Shown in pieces: positions 56,991-64,000 of a DNA stretch of 64,000 nt (position 1 is its first letter; every line of letters begins with the position of its first letter). The stretch comes from Octopus vulgaris (lineage: Eukaryota): positions 5,580,001-5,644,000 of the forward strand of contig OX597818.1 of the NCBI GenBank assembly GCA_951406725.2, written 5' to 3'. The notes beneath the pieces are model-generated. The model saw only the letters and a program-made list of their open reading frames with translations, was not told the origin of the DNA and did not search any database. The position numbers were made by a program, and so were the translations under genes.

Positions 56991-57609
56991 AAATAAAAAA
57001 AAAAGACAGCCACAGAATCGTGTAGCGTCTTTGACTACTGCTATGACAATAACATCTATAATAGTGCTACCTATAGGAACTATAACAACTACATTGTAAA
57101 CAGCCCTTCTCATAAAGCGAGGTTAAGTAAGCTAGTGAGCCGCTCATTGAGAAATCTGTTGTGTTAGCTTCAAGCAACCTGCTCTCAGGTAGGCAAAGTG
57201 TGTCTAACAGTAATTTCTGTGGTAGGTGATGTGCGATAGGTAGTACACTAATTATCCCTCATCACCCCACACGTATGCATTAAGAACCCTTGTATCGTAC
57301 CCAGACAAATTCACGCGCATTACACGAAACCTAATTATCTACATATACTTGTATATATATTTCTACTTGTATATATATTTACTTGTATATATATTTACTT
57401 GTATATATATGCAACCGCACATATGCACAATGACACCTACATATTCTGATATGCAAAAATATGTGTTCGTTCTGGAATCCAAACGCGCATTTTTGTACAT
57501 ATACACACATGAAAATATTTTCCTAGGAAACTGAAATCACTTTCTAAAGTTATGTTGTCCTTCCTATTGGTGCCAGCGCTTAATTTTACTTTTCAATTCA
57601 ATACTTTAC

Positions 57610-58470
57610 TACCCGTGACCAGTTGGGTTACCAATAGTTCAAGATACCCGAAATACCGTGTATCTCGGGATTCTGTCGTCCGATTTACACGAAACTTCTC
57701 TTATTCCGCGTGTATTCACATTTCAATGGTACCTTACTTTCAAAGCATTTCCCCCATTATACACCAGTTCGGCTATTTATAAAGGTATTCGAAAAAAATG
57801 TGTATCTCGGTAACTCGTGGTGCAATTTACGCAAAACTTGACATATAAATCATGCGTAAACGGCTTTTTTCACAGAAAAGGAAATATTTGGCTGCTATTT
57901 CATGAACGCCCGGCTACAACGTAACCAGTATTGTAGGTCCTTTAGCTGTTACGTAGAAGCAGGGCATGCTAGAAATAGCAGACAAAACTTTGTAGGTGAG
58001 ATACGTTGAATGCACTCGAAATAATTGTAATGGTATTCAATTGAAGTTAATTTTTTAGAAAAATCAAAATATTCTCTGTTTAAAGAAAGCTAAAACATAA
58101 ATAGTTACTGTACAAACAACTTACATTTTTGAAATCACATTCAGTTAAAAATATTTCCAAATGATTAAACTACTGTATTTAACAAAAGCGAAAATAGAAA
58201 CATTTACTGTAAGAAAACAACTCGTATTTTTTCGTTGTCAAGTTAATGTCACTAATGTGTCTCTTCGAAAGGTTAGTCTCTTGCCTTTCAGGGTTATGTT
58301 CGGAGTATTTTCCCATTATGCACCGTTTTGGGTATTTAACCCCTAAACCCCCAATATCTCAAGAACCTCAAGTGCGGTTTACGCGTAACTTGTTTTATTA
58401 CGTTTGTATTCATATTTCAGGGGCACTTTACTTTCAATGTAATTTCTCATTACGCGCCGCTTTGGCTGTG
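57610..58470 (+). repeat. short imperfect tandem subrepeats typical of non-autonomous DNA/Helitron-like elements
   Basis: The unit tatctc..gatttac(a/g)cg..actt..tgtattca.atttca..g.ac.ttactttcaa recurs at ~57655, ~57800 and ~58350. Confidence 0.45.
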
Positions 58471-58499
58471 TAACACAGCAAGCAAGGAAACAAGATTGA

Positions 58500-60290
58500 G
58501 GTTAATTTAGAATAGTATATAGATTACCTTTTTACTTTAACTGTTTAACTTCTACCTCCTGACTGTCGATGTAATCGACGCTTGTCGCGTTTGTTGAGTT
58601 TCAATGCTAAAGAATTCCACGTGTGTCCCAGGGAGGAAATGGAGACATTTTTAAATTGTTCACTGTACCTTTCTCGAGTCCTCGGTCAGTGAGACATTTC
58701 CTTGGAACAACGGTCCTGCTTATTTATTCTATTGTTGCCGTTTCTTTTGCAACTTTATAGAAAGCTTTAGGGTTAGTGTTTAGGCTTTTCACACCTGTTT
58801 TCTATCTGTCTCTCTGTTCTTTTCTTTTGACGGGAGAGTTTGATTTTGTTTTCAATTTCCATGAATGTCTGTCTTAAATGTAACTTCAGCCTATCCTTCA
58901 GTTACCTACTCAGCGGGTTTGGGACCTTTGATCTGTGTCTCATAAGTTTCCTGTCCCAGGGGATTTTGTTCGTAATTATTGTAGTGATACTTGACTTTCC
59001 TTCTGGGGTATATTTAGCGAATATAGTTTGCGCTGTCTGCATAAATTAATTGAGTTTTAAATCAGTGTCCTGCATAGACAGAATATCGGAGCAGTTTCGT
59101 TTCTGAATCGCTTTGCTGATTGGGTGCGATTCTGCTTTATAGAAATTCAACTGGGATACAGTTGAAATTATTTGTGAAGCTGAGATTTGGGATGTTATTA
59201 TCCCTGGTTGGCTGGTTTTCATTTGTCCTACGAAAAGTATATTAAAAAGTTCAGTCTTGATTTTATTTACTTTTGTTAATGCAGTGACATCCTAGAGAGA
59301 ATGTGGCCTTCAGGCCATTTAAAGTTTGGCGAGTTAGAGTTACCCAAAAGGAGTATATTGATTTGTTTGCCCTCGCTTTTCAATCCCTCTTCCATGTGTC
59401 TGAGGTTATCCTCAAATTTACCACTATCATTCGGGGCAATTTGTGGACGATAAGATGTGCATATAACTACACCAATTGCTTTATATGTTTTATTGAAGTG
59501 TAACAAACTGAGCGTTTGACTATATTTTTGTTTTGAGTTACAGACTTAAGGACAACATTATTTTTTCTGGCTGCATCGCGTATTCCCCTCTGTTTTTCAT
59601 TACAGTTCTGGGTTGCTCAAAAGAGCTTGCTGCTAGATAGCTATAGTTGAGGCAGCCTCTGCATATTATCTTGTGAGCGGTGCAGAGGGTGTGCGTAGAT
59701 TTCGTTCAATATTCTTATGAGGCCTTATTTTCCTTGTTGGGGTCATTGTTTGGTAGTTCCCTCTTCTCTGTTTTTGCTGGATTCCTTGTGGGGATTGCCC
59801 TGCTTATTATTTCGATAACGCTTGTGATGGGCATAGTTGTTTGTTGTTCCTTTATATCCATGCCAGAAGGCGACATTTAAATAGAATTTACAGACAATCT
59901 TGGTTCTCCCAATTTTTGCACTTGCGCTTGTTCGTTTCACTTTTGGGTGTTTCGAGCGTTTGTCTATAATCTTGTTTTGAGTTACAGACTTAAGGACAAC
60001 ATTATTTTTTCTGGCTGCATCTCGTATTCCCCTCTGTTTTTCATTACAGTTCCGTTTTAAATGTTACCATCACAACCATTGCTGCTTTCGGTGCTTTTTT
60101 TGAGGATGGGTGGCGTGTGATTTGTCTTGATGTCGCCAGTTTGAGCTCTACAAGTTGCAAAATATTCGGGATCTTCATTGATCATTTCGTCTCTCACTTT
60201 TATAATGTTGGCTAAGAGGTCGAGATGTGGCTTGACAAAAAATATAAGCATATGAACCCTTATGTCCACAGACATATATAAGTATACATA
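58500..60290 (-). mobile_element. decayed CR1-like LINE 5' part (ORF1 remnant + APE endonuclease)
   Basis: VVICTSYRPQ..ILLLGNSNSPNFKW (YRPP/GDFN-like APE motifs) and an upstream ORF1-like KIVCKFYLN. Confidence 0.6.
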
Positions 60291-60479
60291 CGACGGGCAT
60301 CTTTCAGTTTCCATCTACCAGTCCACTCACAAGGCAGCAGACACTTGCCCAAGCTGCTACGCAGTGGGATTGAACCCGGAAGCGCGTGGTTGGGAAGCAA
60401 GCTTCTTGCCACATAGCCACTCCTGAGCCTCATTTACACACACACACTCATACATTTATATATATGTACGTATATATAT

Positions 60480-60900
60480 CTTTATATATATAAAACTGAG
60501 AATGTTTGTCTGAATGTCTGTCTGTCTGTCTGTGTGTTTCCCTAAAACTTGAGAACTACACAACCAATTTCATTCAAATTTTACACATGCCTTACTTAGG
60601 ATCCGCGGAGTTTCATCGGCAAAAAAGTTTTAACTTTTTGCCTAGGGCGAGCCCACAACAATACCATATCTTCTCCAATACGATTCCCTAAAACTTGAGA
60701 ACTACACAACCAATTTCATTCAAATTTTACACATGCCTTACTTAGGGTCCATGTAGTTTCATGGGCAAAAATGTTCAACTTCTTGCCTAGAGCGAGCCCA
60801 TAGCAATATCATAACTTCTCCACTATTTCAGTATTACGTGTTAAAAGTGAAACAAAAATATTTCTCTATTATATGTCAGATGCTTTCACTTTAACAATAA
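60480..60900 (+). mobile_element. non-autonomous Helitron-like element with ~146 bp tandem duplication
   Basis: 5' end tctttatatatataaaactgagaatg(tctg)n; ccctaaaacttgagaactacacaacc occurs at ~60540 and ~60686. Confidence 0.55.
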
Positions 60901-61409
60901 AAATAATAATAACAATTGAATGATATGTAGTAAGTAATAATTAAAATCAAACTAAAGTATAATATAATCGTAACATAACAAAAGTAAAAATAGCAATTGG
61001 TATAAAATTGCATCAATGATTTGAACTTGAATAAGTGGTTTCACATGAATGGGAATAAAATGAAAATAGAATTAGCGTGCAGAAATGGAATAGTCCAGAT
61101 GAATAATAAAAAATTAAATTAAAGAAAAGACTATTGTCTATAAAGTATACAATGTAGAGAAAAAAGAAGAGCTAACAAGTCCATTTAATTGATGTCTGAT
61201 TTTTCCCGTATTTGAAGCGTGGTATTTTCAGTAATTTGTAAGTAACTGTTTAGCGTTTGTTAAAGAAACTGTTGTTTTGTTTGAACTTTGAACGTCTGGT
61301 GTAATAACGAAAAATATTGTTATTCCCCTCCTTACGGAGGGGAAAAGTGCTACACGTTACATACAAAAACAAAAAAATATATATATAACACTACATTTGT
61401 GAAAAAAAA

Positions 61410-63033
61410 ATGAAGAATGCATTTGAAAAAATGAACAAAAAAGACATGATGTCAAAAAAAATGTTGTTTGATGTGGAAACACTGTCCGCTTCAAGTGACG
61501 AAGGTTCGCCTTCAAGTGAAGCAGGTTTGCCTGCAGTTAAAGTCATCGAAGGTTCGCCTTCAAGTGTAGCTGTGTCTGCAGCTAAAATTATTGAAGGTTC
61601 GCCTTCAAGTGAAGCTGTGCTTCCAGCTAAAGTTATCGAAGGTTCGCCTTCAAGTGTAGCTGTGTCTGCAGCTAAAATTATTGAAGGTTCGCCTTCGAAA
61701 GGAAAACAAGCTAAAACATACAACTTCGCAGCCGCCGCTGGACGGAAGGCGGAAGAGATTAAAATGGAGGACATAGAATATGAAAAATACAAAAATATGT
61801 TTGTAAGGGAGGGGAATAATATAAAAGCCACCCTCCCAAAAGAAATTAAAAATGAAACACAAAGAAGGATAGTGATTTACAAATCATTTGTAATAAAAGA
61901 GAAAAAAAATCGAAAGAGTAACAAAAGAACAGGCAGAGAAGTGCCTGCAACCAATATGGCAAGACATAGACTTTGTGACATGGGGCAAAAAGTACGCCAC
62001 AATAATGGTATATTTTAAGAGCGAGCAAATGGCAAGAAAGCACTCGCTAACCCCAATTAAGGCGAGTGATATTGTTCTCATACCTCCCTATTTGGGGCGG
62101 AGGTCCGCCAAAATAAGAATCGAGGACATCCTCCAGAAATCGAAGTAAAGTGGTTGTTTCCAGCCTTACTAATAGGGCTGGAAGAAAAAATAAGTGTTAT
62201 AGCGATAACAAAGATCAGGATGGAAAACTGGAGAGGTCAAACTCTTCAAGTGACAGTACAGGCGGCCCCAGAGACATTGGAGGAGGTCGCAGAAAATATC
62301 AATTTCAGCGATGAAATAAATTTGCGGGTGGTGGTGGAGGGGCGAAAGCCTCAATGCTACGGATGTGGTGAGAAAGGCCACATCCGTATAGACTGCCCCA
62401 CCCGCAAGAAAGAAGAAGAGAGAAAAAGGACAGAAGCAGAGGAGAAGAGGAAAAAAGAGACGGTGGAAGAGAAAACAACAGAAGAAGAAAATGCCTTCAC
62501 ACTGGTGAGGCAGTAAAAAACACCAAAAAGAAAAAATGAAGACTTAAACCCACCCACCCCATGCACAAGCAAAAAGAAAAATAACACACAGGGGGGAAAA
62601 TTTACCCCACCCAACCACGGTTCCCCACAAAAGAAAAAAAAAGAGAAGACCCCCCCCCCCCCAACCCAACCCGAACAACCACCCCCACCTCCCAGTGTCG
62701 AACAATTCCTTCCCCTCCCAAACTACTCCCCGCCGTCCCCCCCATCGCCCCCACAAAGCCCAAAGAAAAAATGGAAGGTTTAGAGATGGTGTACATCTCA
62801 ATAAACAAAGATAACGATAGGTTGGTGAAACTTATTAATGAAGCCCCAACAGCAGAAAAAATTCAAACTTACAGGGTATTGCCCAAAAATGTAGAAGTGT
62901 CGACAGGTTAAATTACAACATTATACATGAGGAATACCCAAAAGACATCAGAGGTCCGCGTCTCGACTTGCACGAGTCGTTGTATAATGCGGACTTCCCC
63001 CCACGACAAACGGAAAAAAGGAAAACCAACTAA
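61410..63033 (+). pseudogene. Tx1/L1-clade LINE ORF1 (frameshifted), with tandem peptide repeats and CCHC knuckle
   Basis: Repeats IIEGSPSS(EA/VA)V..AK, YNFAAAAG, and CYGCGEKGHIRIDC (CX2CX4HX4C). Confidence 0.8.
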
Positions 63034-63043
63034 AAGGTAGGTG

Positions 63044-64000
63044 ATGGCTCGTATTCATGTAGGGTGCATAAATGTGCGTGGCCTGGTGACGAACTGGAAG
63101 CAAGGGCGCCTCCTAAATGACATCAGGTCACCGGATTTAGATGTTGTTGTTGCCACAGAAACCTGGTTAAAGGGGCCAAGAGATCCGCTCCCGTTGTTCG
63201 GCGGTTACGAGAGAATTATCTCTCCGAGCCGTCTGTCCGGCGGAAGCGGGGTGTTGGTCCTGTGTAAAAAGAACCGGGTTTCTGAGAAAAAGTTGATTTT
63301 TTCAGATCCAGAAGGTAGACTGGTCGTGGTTGATTTGACGTTCAGTAGTCGTAAGACAATCAGGCTGGTTGCGGTTTACGCACCCCACAGTCAAGGGGAA
63401 CAAAGTGATTATTTTCGGAACCTTGGAAAGTTTCTGAGTACATCGCATCCTTTAGTTGTTTTAGGAGACTTCAACACAGTCTACGATGTGCGGGTAGACT
63501 CTGAGGGCTCGCGAACAGATAGGAAAGGAAATGCTTGCTTCCAGGATCTACTAAGACGTTTCGAGCTGGTAGATCCATATAGACTGGAACATCCGGACGC
63601 TCCATTGTGGACATGGTCAAACAGCGACGGATCTATCAAGTCGTACATAGACAGGATGTTAATTAGAAAAGTAGATAAGAAACTAGCTAGGAGTCCACAG
63701 CTCCACATGGTCAGCTACAGTGACCACAAGATGGTCACCTGTAGGCTAGACATAGATAAGACGAATAGAGGTCCTGGTTACTGGAAACTTAATACGTCCC
63801 TTTTGGCGATTAAGGAGCACAGTGACAGGATAAGGTTAATGATTCAGAGGGCTTTGACCGGAACCATAATTAACAACAAATGGTGGTATGCCCTCAAGCG
63901 AGCCATCAGATATGAGTCCATTAGATGTAGTATAGATCTAGTAGCTAGAGAGGCTAGAAGGGAATCAGCACTAGTTAAGGACTTAGAGGAAGCAATGCGA
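63044..64000 (+). CDS. Tx1/L1-clade LINE ORF2, APE endonuclease domain, open to window end
   Basis: Manual translation without stops over 319 codons: GCINVRGL, ATETWL, VYAP, LGDFNTV, SYIDRML, SDHKMV, GPGYWKLNTSLL. Confidence 0.92.
   Translation, partial: MARIHVGCINVRGLVTNWKQGRLLNDIRSPDLDVVVATETWLKGPRDPLPLFGGYERIISPSRLSGGSGVLVLCKKNRVSEKKLIFSDPEGRLVVVDLTFSSRKTIRLVAVYAPHSQGEQSDYFRNLGKFLSTSHPLVVLGDFNTVYDVRVDSEGSRTDRKGNACFQDLLRRFELVDPYRLEHPDAPLWTWSNSDGSIKSYIDRMLIRKVDKKLARSPQLHMVSYSDHKMVTCRLDIDKTNRGPGYWKLNTSLLAIKEHSDRIRLMIQRALTGTIINNKWWYALKRAIRYESIRCSIDLVAREARRESALVKDLEEAMR

Overview
AT-rich, microsatellite-dense animal genomic DNA. The SINE and LINE families suggest an octopus-like cephalopod, which is an inference. 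I found no intact host gene. Most of the window is mobile-element debris: RTE, R4/Dong, Hero-like, CR1 and Tx1/L1 LINEs, five Penelope-like (PLE) fragments, five Tc1/mariner copies, Helitron-like elements and tRNA-derived SINEs. Two signals are not explained by the ORF track. (1) About 45-57 kb holds a heavily decayed fossil of negative-strand RNA virus (Mononegavirales-like) L polymerase genes, split by later TE insertions. There appear to be two tandem + strand L remnants, plus a possible methyltransferase-domain piece on the - strand. Part of the capping domain is duplicated as an inverted repeat next to a hammerhead-bearing element. (2) About nine type I hammerhead ribozyme motifs, from intact to degenerate, lie downstream of PLE ORFs or in short non-coding retrozyme-like units. 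All protein and RNA assignments come from manual translation and motif reading; no searches were run.
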